A stretch of 63,975 nt of DNA, filler included, from Basidiobolus ranarum (taxonomy: Eukaryota), in assembly GCA_040143965.1 (NCBI GenBank). It is 3 parts of 3 records of this genome, joined end to end, with 100 filler letters (N's around TTAATTAATTAA, not from the genome) between each part and the next. Parts side by side here need not be neighbours in the genome. Positions count along the whole stretch, not along the records: positions 21,931 to 43,733 come from JASJQH010000197.1; 2 more parts are not named here. The stretch is one strand, 5' to 3'. Position 1 is the first letter of the stretch; each line of letters opens with the position of its first letter. A program made the translations under genes and the position numbers. Of the stretch, positions 26,427 through 39,509 are shown piece after piece. Below the pieces are notes generated by a model. That model was not told the origin of the DNA. It ran no database searches and worked only from the letters and a program-made list of their open reading frames with translations.

Positions 26427-27996
26427 AATTGGTATCTGTTAGAGTTATGTTAACTGTCGCGGGAGCTTTTCACCTAATTTATATTTCAAGAATAGAGCCC
26501 GCACCCTCGCCCGCACCCACGCTCACGGACTAATTCCCCTTCTAACCAGGATTTCCGAAGATTTTCCCAGCGATATATTACAAAGAATCCCCAGAGATTC
26601 ACTGTTCACTAAATTCCAGTATTCACTAAAGATCAGCAACATTCTTCCTTTATCAAGGAATGATTTTTTAAGGATTTTTGATAACAAGGTTTGCGCACGC
26701 CATTTAAAGTCAGGTTTCTTGGATTTGGTTAGAATACTCTCATTCTATTAAAATATATGATTTCTTGGTAGCTAAAAATTCGGTTTTCATCATTTTTCGA
26801 GTTGAGAAATCGGGTTTCACAATAATAAACCGGTGATCCGGAAAAGTGGAAATCTTGTATAGATATACATAGATTTAGTACGATTGATTACTAATAAGCG
26901 AACATGAAAAAACGTGTCTAAAGCTATGCGTTAACCCGCAATATGACAAATCCATCCATAGTCGATGATCTATCAAGTACGATCAATCTAGAATTGATCA
27001 AATATATATCGATTAACTTTAGTGACCGCAGAATCGCAGGTGAAGTTACAATAATCCTCAGTCTTATAAGCTTTACATGCTATTTAACGAATATTTTGGA
27101 TGTCAAGAGAAGAGGATAGTTCAATATGGAGTTTTATTTGATTGATGATAAGCTAAATGGTAAACATGAAAGTAAGTGTATTTTATAGTACACTTTTAGA
27201 CAGATGCAATGAGATATTTCGAATATAAAGGAATGTTTCGGTAACGGAATATCTATTTCAAGAAGACCAAAACCCATTTTCTAGAAATCACTTGCTTCTA
27301 ATGAGACAAATATTTACGTCCCTTAAGCTTTCTCCGGTTGAGAATTCTACGACCAGACTTGGTACGGATTCTGGCCAAGAAACCGTGACGTCTTTTACGG
27401 ACCAAATTACTAGGTTGATATTCGTTACCGTAAGTTACACACCGGATTTGCTCCATACCATTCAAACGGAGTGCGGAAGGAACTCTAAATAAATAACGAG
27501 TAATCTGGTTAGAGGTGTTTTGAAATAAACGTATACAACTATATAGTCACTCACTTTAAAACATTAGAAGGTCCAGCAAAACGACTACATTATTATAGAA
27601 ATGGAAGTGACGATTAGTGAAAAGAATGGATAATAGTGGTCGAGAAATAGAAGTACCTAGCGAAATGACCAGCTAAAGATTGAAGTCCAGTAACATTGCT
27701 AAGAGTAGGTTGACGAAGGCTAGTTAACAAACTAATGGGTCTAGTGAGTAGTTGAAACATGCTGGTACTCCACAAACAAGTGCTAAGATATCGTCTAGTC
27801 AAGGTAAGAACTCTTCTCTAGCAAAACTAACAAGATTTTTCCAATTCAATTTTGGGGTCTGGAGATGAAATCAACAAATTTTCAATTTCTTTTTGACTTT
27901 TAAATCTCCATTCGCGATTTTATCTTTCACAATGAGTAGATTTGGTTAATGCTGTGTTTATTAATGGATAATTTATGGAGGTAATAAATGGTGGAT

Positions 27997-29291
27997 TCAA
28001 TAATTTTGAACTAACAAAAGTTTGGATGATGTAGCAGGTTGTCTACACAATGGGCATTCCGGCTATTGAAATCAAAAAGTTAGCAGGCTGTGAAGACAAG
28101 AGAAGAGTGCTTCCAGAACTAACCTTATTTCGACACCATTCACAAATACAAGTCCAGCAGAACAAATGCCCACATGGTGTAGCCGTTGTGTTCTTTCGGG
28201 GAGACAAACATAGTGTGCATGATTGTGCGGACGAGGCTCCGACATCCATAGAAAAGTCCCTATTCATTCGACATGTTAACGAAAATTATACCTAAAGTTA
28301 CCAAAAAACCCCCATATTTACATATCTATATCCGCTTCTTCTTCCTCTTTAGGTTTCTCCACTAGTCTCTCACGATAAGAGAGAAATCCTTTCACCAACA
28401 ATTGGATAACAATCAATACACCAAGAATCTCGTAACCAGCACGCTCTTCACCCTTGCGCAACTGTCGAGTGAAAATCTTGTGGCAAAGTGATGTAAGCAA
28501 AGGATAAGATAAACACTAGTTAACAAACATCCAAAATACTTACGTAGCGTACTCCAGTGAATCTTTTAGAAAAATGATAATAAGCTCCAAAGAAATAGAA
28601 GATTGCCATATGAGCTGATCTCACATAAGTAGTGAAGAAACTTTGAACTTTGCTAGAGTTCTCAGTTAGCCAAGTTTGTAACTTCCTTTTTACACTTTGT
28701 TTTTCTTCCTCCACTACGGCAACTAGTAATGATTAATTCTGGACAACAACAACCACATAGAAAAGTGAGGGAAAATGAACCTGTATTTAGTTGTCTTTGA
28801 CGACCATTCTTTCTTAAGTCTGTGAGTCCTCTTGCAACGAGATATGGGGTACAGACATTAAAAAAGACTTGTATAAAACGACGTATAAAGTTTGGATATA
28901 CTCCAGTTTCTTTGGTCACTTGTAAAACATCACAATACTCTTCACCTAAAGTTTGAGAACCCAGCAACGTAGTCAAAGCGAAATAAGTAAACTTTGAGAA
29001 TAAATTGAGTTCGTTCTGAAGTTTTAGCTGTCGTCTAGTTCCCAACCAATCCTGGAATACTCCAACTATTTTTTCTTCCAATACTTTCTGGTAATACACG
29101 TCTTTCTGGTTGGCTCGAATGATGTCGGGTTGAGCGCCAGGTGGTAAAGACAGTTTCAAGGGAATACGAACACGGTCATGGTCGAATCTTTGCTCTAAGG
29201 GTTGACTTTGTGTTGTGGAAGTCATGGAGGGACTATTATCATTGTTAGTGGAAGTCATGGAGGGACTATTATCATTGTTAGTAGAAGTCAT
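27997..29291 (-). CDS. PEX10: Peroxin 10, RING-finger peroxisomal E3 ligase, multi-exon
   Basis: [54 protein letters not shown], and RING CTLC...[16 protein letters not shown]..|PECPLCRQ. Confidence 0.93.
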
Positions 29292-29293
29292 GG
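29215..29293. repeat. 33-bp coding tandem duplication at PEX10 N-terminus ([11 protein letters not shown] x2)
   Basis: (GTGGAAGTCATGGAGGGACTATTATCATTGTTA)x2 plus a partial third unit. Confidence 0.92.
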
Positions 29294-29613
29294 TTAATAT
29301 TGAAAGTGGGGACAACGGACCTTGCAAGTGGCTCATACACTCATCACGCATAATCATGTGATATTTGATTATCAGTTGGATTTCAGCTTACAAATAAATC
29401 AATCTGTGATGAGTAACAATACAGAAATGGTTTATTCTAATATTAGGTTACTCCAAGTGCTCAGAGTTGATTTCATTATGTTCAAATGTTCGCATCAAAA
29501 AATGTACAATGGGAAAGTGTTCAAGATGGTGGAAGGGATTGAGGGAGTGAATTAGGAGAAACTAGGGACAAAATAGGTGGGCAGCAAGAGAGAGAGAGGA
29601 GTAACGTAGATAT

Positions 29614-30462
29614 CTAGAGGGTACATACTCCACGCCAGGGTTCAACTCTTGCGGGGAATGTTTGCTTGTAGATGGAGTCATATTGAGTGGACTTCCATGA
29701 ATCCATTTGCATACGAACAGCACTAATATAATGATCAGTCATCTTTGATTTACTTGAAGTAGAGTTCCAATTATTGCGCTCCAAGGCCCTCTTCTTATGA
29801 TGAGCTACAAGCAAAGCATTTCGAACTTCACTTAGGAGTTCCAAGTTCCAAGATTCATATATTTCCGTAGATACGTGTAGATTATACTTGATACAACCAA
29901 GGAATTCCAATTCTAAGTCGTTCACCTTTGATAATTCCGAGTTAGTGTAACGTGCCCAATCCATATTTAAGGGACTATTCTCCTGATGGTACTTGGAGGC
30001 CGCTATTAAAGCACCAATGAAGGTATTCTTCGCAAAGCATAATCGATCGTCATGATTGACAGTAGAATGTCCGTCGAACTCTAACCCTAACCCGCCATCT
30101 TCAAATAAAGGGGTGGTTAAGCCCATCTCCTCTAGACAATATTCTTGATTGAGCAGGTTACTTCCTATAATCCCACGTAGTTTGTACAGGTAATACAGAG
30201 AGATCATTACTGTTGAATAAAATACTCTAGAGGTTTTCACTGTCTCCCGAACAAATCCTCGAAATATCAAACGTTTCGTACGGGATACTGAGCCAAAGGG
30301 ACTCCAGACCCGATCGATTACGTATTCGACTGCGTCTACAAGGATTAGAGTTAATTGATTTACAATACAGCATATGCCTTGAGAAAGGTGCTTAGAAAGA
30401 TGCTTACCAACAAGGGATTCCAGGCCTCCATTGATATCATTTCCAGTATTGGTGTAGTGCAT
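29614..30462 (-). CDS. Pho80/Pcl/Clg1-type cyclin
   Basis: FRGFVRETVKTSRVFYSTVMISLYYLYKL...FIGALIAASKYHQEN...WARYT...VNDLELEFLGCIKYNLHV cyclin box; first ATG at 30462. Confidence 0.85.
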   Translation of the reverse strand: MHYTNTGNDINGGLESLVGKHLSKHLSQGICCIVNQLTLILVDAVEYVIDRVWSPFGSVSRTKRLIFRGFVRETVKTSRVFYSTVMISLYYLYKLRGIIGSNLLNQEYCLEEMGLTTPLFEDGGLGLEFDGHSTVNHDDRLCFAKNTFIGALIAASKYHQENSPLNMDWARYTNSELSKVNDLELEFLGCIKYNLHVSTEIYESWNLELLSEVRNALLVAHHKKRALERNNWNSTSSKSKMTDHYISAVRMQMDSWKSTQYDSIYKQTFPARVEPWRGVCTL

Positions 30463-30528
30463 ATTAAAATTCAAAATCTATCGCAGACTGCACTTTAAAT
30501 AATGAAACAGCGGGTGGCTTCAAGGTAG

Positions 30529-30598
30529 ATATATGACTAGAAGATGGGTCGATTACTAGCAATATATGACTAGAAGATGGGTCGATTACTAGCAATAT
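30529..30598. repeat. 33-bp tandem duplication upstream of cyclin gene
   Basis: (ATATATGACTAGAAGATGGGTCGATTACTAGCA)x2 plus ATAT. Confidence 0.9.
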
Positions 30599-31548
30599 CG
30601 AAGGATTTAATTTATATATGATACTACCTAAGATACTACCTACCTGAGATGACATATGGTATATATAGTAAACAGCCACACACCCCTGTGACTCTTAGAT
30701 AATGTATGTCTGGAGTGATCGAGGGGAGGTATCAAGGGTTAGGGCTAGTATGAGTAGTGTATTAAACTAGTGTTATGATTGAGATCACATAATTGACTTC
30801 ACCCGATTACATAATTTAAATGTAACAAGTCAGACATAGAGTAGAAATCCAACAAGTCAGACATAAAGCTACTGTTGGGTAGAAATCTAACAAGTCAGAC
30901 ACATCATATAGTAGATGATGATCTCCGTAGTAGGGCTAGGGTAGGGCGCTACTCGTAGATCGACTACTATTTAACCAAGATTTTCATTGTAAGCGCACCG
31001 TTTCATCTTGTATTACAACTCTAGTTGACAATAGCGCTCAGCATCAATGACTAACGAAACAGTTGGCGAAACATTAATGAAACAGTACATCAGTGAAACA
31101 GAACGGGAGTAAGCTTAACAAACCTCTTTGTCGTATTTGATCATCATTATATGGACAGCCTGGATCTTTCAATAGTGATAGTTTGCATGAAGTGGTTACC
31201 GAGATGCGATGAAGAGTTATTACCAAGACGTAGGTGTGGATGGATTGCTAATGCACACAGATACGCACAAATGCAGACAAATCGACGTACACGTATACAC
31301 ACATAGCCAGTCCATTGTATTTTAAAGTTCCAATATGTCCCGGTCTAAACGATCTTTTACCGTGCTTGACCGTACAGAAATTGGGCTGGCTCCGCAAAAG
31401 TTCGGAGTTTAAGCGATGTTGTCAGAGTATCTCAGAAATGGTTTAAATAGATTTCCATTCCCATTTCGATGCTACTATAATTGTCCCTCTATTTAGCCGG
31501 TACTGCTCTATTTAACCAGTATTTATATACCTTTGCTTATTCTTTGGT

Positions 31549-34500
31549 ATGTCACGTATACCAACATGGTATACCATCTCTCCGTCCTCTGATCCGGTCG
31601 TTGAATTCTTCCATGCGATAAACCAAGACGATGTAGATAAAGTCAGTGATCTACTTAACCAGCAGCAGTTTGATCTAAATTATATCCGAGACGAGGATGG
31701 TCGTGCTCCTCTAATGGTGGCTGCCATCCGGAATCGAACCCAAGTGTTGGAATTTCTTGCCAACTGTACCCAAGTTGATCTGGAATTGAGAGGTTTGTAT
31801 TCTTTTCATGACAGCGAAGATTCCATTTTGGATGTTTGCAAAGCAACTTTCTTATCCTCTTCTTTCTTTACGTTTCTATTTCCAAGAAAGATAATGAAGG
31901 AAACACGGCTCTGTACAAAGGATGTGCCACAGGCGCTACAGGTGCCGTAGAATGTTTGCTTAGAGCTGGAGCCAATGTCGATGCCGAGAATAGGGTAAGA
32001 CTGTCGTAGAATTGGTATGTCTTATAAGTGAAGCTAATCCAATGATTTTAGGAGCAAAGCACTCCATTGATTATTGCCGCTTACAACGGCCATTCCTCAC
32101 TTTGTAGCTTTCTAGTAGGTTTTGGTCACGCAAATATCAACCACCGGGATGTTACACATAAGACTGCTTTAAGCTTTGCTAGCTTCGAAGGACACGATGA
32201 AACTGTAGAAGCATTACTGGAAAGAGGTGCTGAAGTGGATTGTGTAGACAAGGTCTTTATTAGTCACAATTTCGTACTGATTAGGATGACATCTAACTAT
32301 TTACTGATTTCCAGTTCGGTTGGTCCGCTCTAATGTTGGCTGCACACGCTGGAAAAGCTTCTGTTGTACAGAAACTTGTAGATTACGGTGCGGATACCAC
32401 TCTTGTAACAGATAATGGTAAAACGGCGGAAGATTTGGCTAGAGAGGCTGGTCGCTTAGCTATAGTACAGATTTTGTCTGAATGTATTGTGCCGAATATC
32501 GCCAGTAAGAGGCCTACAATCCCTACTCCGATACCTTTCAGCGTTCGTCCAAAGTCCCGGATTCTGTCGAGGGAGCATGGTAGCTCGACACTCTCCCCCT
32601 TCTCAAGCGTACTCAGTGAAAATCGATCTACGGTTGTAGGCTCACCTAATTCTTCTGCAACTCTAACTGATCGCCTAACCCCACAACAAAACGAATTGTC
32701 AATCGATTACCTCAAATCACACAACTATCGTTCTTTCTCACAGAAACCAATCTCACCCGAGTATAATGTAGCTAACGAAAGACCAGTGACCACATCTATG
32801 ATGAAACCTATCAAACCCTTGGGTGAGTTTTCTTGGGATCAAAGTCAATGGGAAGATCTTTCCAATGAGAAATCTGACTGGAACATCAAGTCACCAATCC
32901 CTATCAAATTGCACCGACGACAATCACATTCTTCGTTCGAGAATCAGCGACCATTAATAGAACCTGAAATCCGTCGACGACGACCACCACAAGCACATGT
33001 ATCAAACAATATCTCTACAGCTGGTGGTCAAGATAACTCCACAGACTCTCGAAGATTGTGGGAAATAGCTTCCAAACTTCTAACCTGCTGTTGTCTTAAC
33101 CACTGTCTGATAGATTGTGGCAAGTTAACCGATCCTGATGTTCGACAAGCATGGAGAGAAAAAGTCTCTCTTTGTATCATAATATTTCTGATCTCTTCTT
33201 TCCTTGGTTTTTTAACTTTCACTTTCTCCACTGTGGTTTGTCGTCAAGGTCCACCCATTTTTGCTGAAGATGTAGCACATAAATATGGATTTGAAGGTAA
33301 AGGAATGCAACTGATGGTCGTTCGTGGTAGACTGTATAATGTAAAGGATTATTTTCGGTTCGGATATCACCGACCGATACTTCCTTTCGCAGATGAAGAT
33401 CTTGCCTCAGTTGTTAATCCCCTGTTGGGCCAGGATATTAGTGAATTTTTTCCGATTGATAAATTCTCTTCTAAATGTCGAAAGTGGCCCTTAAGACCGA
33501 GTTGTGCTTTTGAAGGAAGTGATAAGCGTTATCACTGTCATAGCAGTCCAATATCTCGAAAGACTTTAGAATCTTTGAGTATTCATAATTTTGTCGCTTT
33601 CTCTTGGGAATCGATACAAGAAAAAGAGAGGAAATTATTTGTTTACAATGATAAGGTTTTTTCCCTCGATCTTTATTTATACAATAATGAGACGTATCTG
33701 GGAGATTCTCACTTTACTTCGAAATTGTTGAAACTCATAGGAAGAGATGCCACTAGAGATATAATAAGGGATCGTACCTTGAAAGCGGTTTTACCCTGCT
33801 TTGAAGATCAACTCTTGGTTGGGATGGTGGAGGGTTCTAGTACCGGTTGCTTCGCTTCAAACTTGTTGATAGTTGTATCAAGTGTTATTTTAGTGGGTAT
33901 CATCCTGATCAAATTTGTTTCTGCTGTAGCATTCGACTGGTTTTTATCAAGACAACTGGGGAAAATCACCAAAAAATCGCATCCGTCGGATCCTATAAAG
34001 CCCATCATACTTCTCGTTACTTGTTACTCCGAAGGGGAACACTCCATACGAACGACTTTGGACTCGTTGGCTCTGACGAGTTATGATGATGAATACAAAT
34101 TACTCTTTGTTATATGTGATGGAGATATTGTGGGCGCTGGAAACGAGAAATCTACACCCAACATTGTACTCGACATTATAGAGCCATTTGACTCAGCTGC
34201 ATCTATTCCCGAGCCTGCCTCATATATTGCGGTGGGAGATGGCGCGAAGCAGCACAACATGGCCCAAGTTTATATTGGATTTTACCGATGTCAAGGTCAC
34301 CGTGTACCAATATTAGTGGTGGTAAAATGCGGCACGCCCAACGAAAAAGACACCTCCAAAGCTGGTAATCGCGGTAAGAGAGATTCTCAGCTGATATTGA
34401 TGCAGTGGCTTAGCAAAATATGTCTAAATGAGAAGATGACTCCGCTTGAATATGAATTGTTTGAGAAAGTCCGAATTTTGATGAACTTTACCCCTGATCA

Positions 34501-36374
34501 ATTCGAAATGGTTCTAATGGTAGATGCTGACACTCTGGTGGAGGAGGAAAGTGTGAGCCGGATGGTGGCTGCTATGGAACGTGATTCTAACGTGATGGGT
34601 CTTTGTGGAGAAACCAAGGTAGCAAACAAGAAGCAAACATGGGTGACTATGATTCAGGTATTTTGCATGTTTTGTTCCAGACTTTGATGGATTCTAAAGG
34701 AGAAAATGCCGTTTATAGGTTTACGAATACTACATATCCCATCACCTCGGTAAAGCCTTCGAATCAATATTTGGAGGTGTTACTTGTTTGCCGGGATGCT
34801 TTTGCATGTATCGGATCAAAGCACCCAAGTGCAACGATTATTCAGTTCCCGTACTAGCCAATCCAGAGATAGTTGAACTCTACTCCTCCAATGATGTCTC
34901 AACTCTCCACCAGAAGAACCTGCTTTTGCTGGGAGAGGATCGATATCTGACCACATTGATGCTGCGTACTTTTCCCAAACGCAAAATGATCTATGTACCA
35001 AAAGCCATTTGTAGAACTGTAGTTCCTGATGAGTTTCGAGTGTTGCTAAGCCAACGTCGTCGCTGGATCAATTCTACAGTTCACAATCTACTCGAACTTA
35101 TTTTGGTTCCACAATTGTGCGGGATCTTCTGTTGCTCAATGCAATTTGTGATTCTCTTGGAGCTTCTAGGAACTGTTATAATGCCGGCATCTTTTGTATT
35201 CTTCCTTTTTTTGATCTTGGCCGCGTTTACGGGAGCTGATGTCTGGTTGCCTCTGATATTTATGTGCATCGTTTTCTTTCTACAGACGCTTTTAATTGCT
35301 ATTACCACCCGAAAGATGGGCTACGTGCTTTGGATGTTTGTTTTCATCTTAGCAATGCCCATCTGGAATTTCGCACTTCCAATCTATGCTTTCTGGCATT
35401 TCGATGACTTTTCTTGGGGGACTACGAGGAAAATTGACGGTTTAGATAGTGGCCACGGAGGTGAAAGAGATTTTGAACAATTTGATCCGAGTGTCATTCC
35501 AACCAAGCATTGGCACGAGTGGAGTGCTGAGAACCGTGATTCCACCAGTGAAGATGACGAAAACCCAGCTAGACCTGACTCTGAGGCGGAGTATTTCAAG
35601 CGTAACATATACAATATACCTCATCAGAATAGAGATCTTGGTGTAATCAATGAGGATGAAATCGTTGAGGATGTGGTGGTTGATCCGACGAACCATTACA
35701 ACAGATATGCCCTGGAATCTACTCTTCGATACCCCACGACTAACATGAATAAACTCCCCAGTCTAAGAGGCTCTAAAAAATACATGTCACAGAGAAAACA
35801 CTTCAGTGAAGGAAGTTACATTTCTGAACAGGGTAAAGCCCGTCGTTACAGTCGACTTTGTGGCCCTCGTCCATATCAAGATTATCATCGTGGAGTTCCC
35901 TACTCTTTTATTTCACCGGCTACCTCACAGGCCAACTACCCTGCGGAACTATATCACTCTCGACAGTCTCATTACTCAAGGCCCATCTCTGCATCACCAT
36001 TTCCTTATCAATTTCACAACCAAGTACGGCAAACAATTACTCCAGGTGAGTACATCCCACGCATGCAGGCTGCACGGTCCCTCGCTATGGAACCTACTTA
36101 TTCGTTCCCCTCTTATAAATATCCTCCTTTTCCACATGCACAGTATCAGAACTCACGATACTCCACACCACTCGGTCGTCCTATAACCTCCAACGGTCGC
36201 CTGTACAGTCAGACACCTTCTTGGAGTGTGCCATACCAATATTACTCCTCACCTCTTTCGAGTAGAACCTCTCTAGCAACCACCGCAATCCCTTTACACC
36301 GGACATCAGTTGAATCAAGACCTCAGGCAAGACTCAATGGTCCCCGAGGGTACACAGTTTTGCAACCATTCTGA
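31549..36374 (+). CDS. Ankyrin-repeat / chitin synthase (division 2, class IV-like) fusion protein, ~1515 aa
   Basis: join(31549..31792,31891..31994,32052..32252,32315..34657,34719..36374); all introns GT-AG and frame-preserving. Ankyrin repeats: GRAPLMVAA, GNTALYKG, STPLIIAAYNGH, KTALSFASFEGH, GWSALMLAAHAG, GKTAEDLA. Then AWREKV, a cyt-b5-like region, VTCYSEG, GNRGKRDSQ, MVDADT, LGEDRYLT, QRRRW, DDFSWG. Confidence 0.92.
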
Positions 36375-36590
36375 ATCAAGTATTTCTTGTAAATAAAACA
36401 AGATACCCATTATTTATCTCAATAAGAATAATCATGCCCTGAATGTCAACCACAAACAAATATTTCATCAACAGTAAGGCCCTTTTTTGAAATAATTTAT
36501 TTAAGAAAGGTACACACATATGTGCCGGTATGACCCAACCCTTCCCACATTCGAGAGTATATGAAAAAGGGGAATAAATTGGACAAAAAG

Positions 36591-37323
36591 TTAACGATTG
36601 CCTAAATGAAGAGAATAGATATTTAGTGGATGTTATTGGAAATATATCAAGATGAAAGAATAACATACTCTTGGCGACACGCTCCAATTCATCCTTCTTC
36701 TTGATGGCGTAACTGTTAGCAGATCCCTTAGCAGCGTTGATAAGCTCATCAGCCAAACATTCAGCAATGGTCTTAACGTTTCTGAAAGCAGATTCACGGG
36801 TACCAGTGGTCAAAAGATGAACGGCTTGGTTGACTCTTCTCAAAGGAGAAACATCCACGGCTTGTCTACGAACAGTACCGGAGCTACCAATACGAGTGGA
36901 ATCTTCACGAGGACCAGAGTTGATGAAAGCATCAATAAGGACTTGAAGAGGGTTTTGGTCGGTAAGAAGGTGGACAATCTCGAAAGCGTGCTTGACGATA
37001 CGAACGGCCATGAGTTTCTTGCCGTTGTTACGTCCGTGCATCATAAGAGAGTTGGTAAGACGTTCAACGATAGGGCACTATAAACAAGATTAGGGTTAGG
37101 GTTGGATTCGAATCCAAAGTAAAAGTATAACTCGGTCACTTACTTGAGCCTTTCTGAACTTCTTGGTAGCATATCTACCAGCAGTATGAGGCAAGTAGAC
37201 AGGAGCTCTGATTTGAAGGTAGTCAGTCAAGGAGATATCCTTGATTTCAAGATCTTCATAAGACCATTTGTTGAAAAGTTGGATGCCTTGAGCCTCAGCG
37301 GTGATTTCAGCAGGAAGAGCCAT
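36591..37323 (-). CDS. RPS5: 40S ribosomal protein S5 (uS7)
   Basis: complement(join(36591..36601,36669..37077,37144..37323)); [49 protein letters not shown]. Probable extra 5'-UTR intron at about 37337-37440. Confidence 0.97.
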
Positions 37324-37809
37324 GTTTTGTTTCCCCTGTAAATAAACATTAATATTGATGATTACGATGGATGGTCACGATGGATGGATGTAAAAAAGGA
37401 TTCTTGCGATATTGCTGCATAGATAATCCCGAAAACTAACCGTAGTACTGCAGGATGACAACCGACAGAAAAGAACGTTCACCTTTCGCTAAGCAGTGAA
37501 TTTTGTTCATTTCTCGATCATACTCATAGCCAATCATCATTGATCAAAATAACAATCTTTCCCTGATCTTGATTTGGGGGTAGAACCGAATAGATTCTCC
37601 TTAAATTATCAATTTTTATCATCGTATTTTGAATGGGATTCTCTTCAAATGAGGGTTTATTTTGAAAATGGTAATTTTTTCTATTCACTTTCAAATCAAC
37701 CATTATGCTTATTGTATTTGACTTAATATCTGGTAATTTAGAAAGAATTTCCTTTAAGTTGGATATATAACTTAAAAGTGGGCCCACGTTTGACTGTAGA
37801 CATATAGCG

Positions 37810-39135
37810 ATGGTAAGTTACTACGTTCGAAAGCTTCAAAACAACCTACTCTATGACTCTAACGTGATAGCTTACCAACATGTCCACTTCCCCATAGAAT
37901 TTTACGAGAAGAGCACAACAGAATGAGAAAGTGAAAACCTTTGTTGGGTTTACCAATTCAAGGTAAATTGAAGGATATTATGAGATTATTTAGGTGAAAT
38001 TTACTTTGAGAAGCCATCGATATTTGTTAATATTCTTCCTTCTTTTTTGCATCTAGTGAGAAAGTTGCTCGTGAAAATTTGGAAGCTTTTAATTGGAACG
38101 TTCAACGTGCGGTCGATGGATATTTCAGTCGTTCCATGACTTCCAACAATAAAAGTGCTTCAAACTCCATCCCCATAAACTATCAACAACTAAGTGATGT
38201 GTTCGAGGTGTATAAAGGTTTGACCTTTCATTCGTAAAAGCTTCAAACACAATCTTAACAGTATATTGATATCGTTATGGTTCTTATTCTAAAGATTCCG
38301 ATGAAGACGCTATTCTAGTGGAGGGTACAGAACAGCTATGTAATGACCTCGAGGTAGATCCTACCGATGTGGTTATGTTGGTGGTAGCTTGGCATCTTAA
38401 TGCTGAACGTATGTGCGAATTCAGTAGAAAGGGATTTGTTGATGGATGGGCTTCTTTAGGGTAAAAGAAATGAAGTAAAATCTATAGAATTGAAAGAATG
38501 TACATAACATCCATACAACCATAGATGCGACGATTTAGAAAAGATGAAAAAGATCATACCAAAATTAAGAGAGGAACTAAACGACGAAGAAAAATTCAAA
38601 CAAGTATACCAGTTCACTTTTAAATTTAGTAGAAGCGAGAATCAAAAAAGTTTACGTATGTATTTTACATATATGCATATCATTTTTATTATATTAACCG
38701 GGATGAATATATTTGGCTCATGTATAGCTCTTGATATCGCTATTTTGCTGTGGCAACTTCTTCTCGAAGGACGTTATGATCATCTTGATGTGTGGATCCA
38801 ATTTTTACAAGAAAAACACGGAAAGGCCATCTCTAAGGATACCTGGAATTTGGTTGGTTTTCAATAAGAAGATTTCATGTGAAGAATGTGTTTAAAGATT
38901 TCTTTAGTTCCTAGATTTTATCAGAAGCTCTCCACACGACTTCAATGGCCACGATATGGAAGGTTTGTATGTCATTTACTACGGATGTGGCTTTCATTTA
39001 CTAAAGTTACATTAATCTACAGGTGCCTGGCCAGTACTTATCGACGAGGTAATTCCAAGCTAATTTAATGTTTAGAGATTGATTTTATTAACATTTGTTC
39101 AGTTTGTGGAGTATGCTCAAGAGCAACAAAAATAA
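37810..39135 (+). CDS. DCN1: DCN1-like cullin neddylation E3 (UBA-like + PONY/Cullin-binding domain), many short exons
   Basis: ATG|GTAAGT first micro-exon; exons give EKVKTFVGFT, LEAFNWNVQRAVDGYF, EGTEQLCNDLEVDPTD..LVVAWHL.A..MCEFSR, FKQVYQFTF, QKSL, KAISKDTWN, GAWPVLIDE|FVEY; stop at 39133-39135. Confidence 0.9.
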
Positions 39136-39509
39136 CCACAACTATTGAATTTGACTTGACTTGCCTTCTGAAACAATAAATCAAAACATCAGCATACGTA
39201 GCTATGAATGACTCCTTTATGTGTACTATCTTGCGTGTGAATTCGGTTTATTTTTGGTTGAACGAATTTGAAATAATAAATAGAATAGAAAGGAGAAAAT
39301 TACGATGATATTTACAGGAAGAGAATAACATCTGGATAATATATTGCATGGTGTTGATATTTTACATTTTGTTTCTATTTCACCACTCTTTCTTTGAATA
39401 AAGGTAAAGGAACCGGTCCAAAGGAAATGATATCTGTACAGACCCCTTACGGATCCAGTCCGAATATGCTCCTGGGTAACGAAGATTGAATCTATAATGC
39501 GAGTGTGAG

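Noticed and set aside
27239-27430. 14/15-bp inverted match CGGTAACGGAATATC / GATATTCGTTACCG in a CpG-rich intergenic patch
   Set aside because: Short and imperfect, with no recognisable ncRNA or element structure.
36376-36590. Long C-terminal extension of the RPS5 ORF in the track
   Set aside because: Read-through of the last intron; the true end is S-N-R-stop at 36591.
37090-37117. TTAGGGTTAGGG plus 16-bp palindrome TTGGATTCGAATCCAA in an RPS5 intron
   Set aside because: On the sense strand the telomere-like part reads CCCTAAC/CTAAT at the branch-point position, so it is explained by splicing signals. The palindrome is too short to call, and it is not a tRNA.
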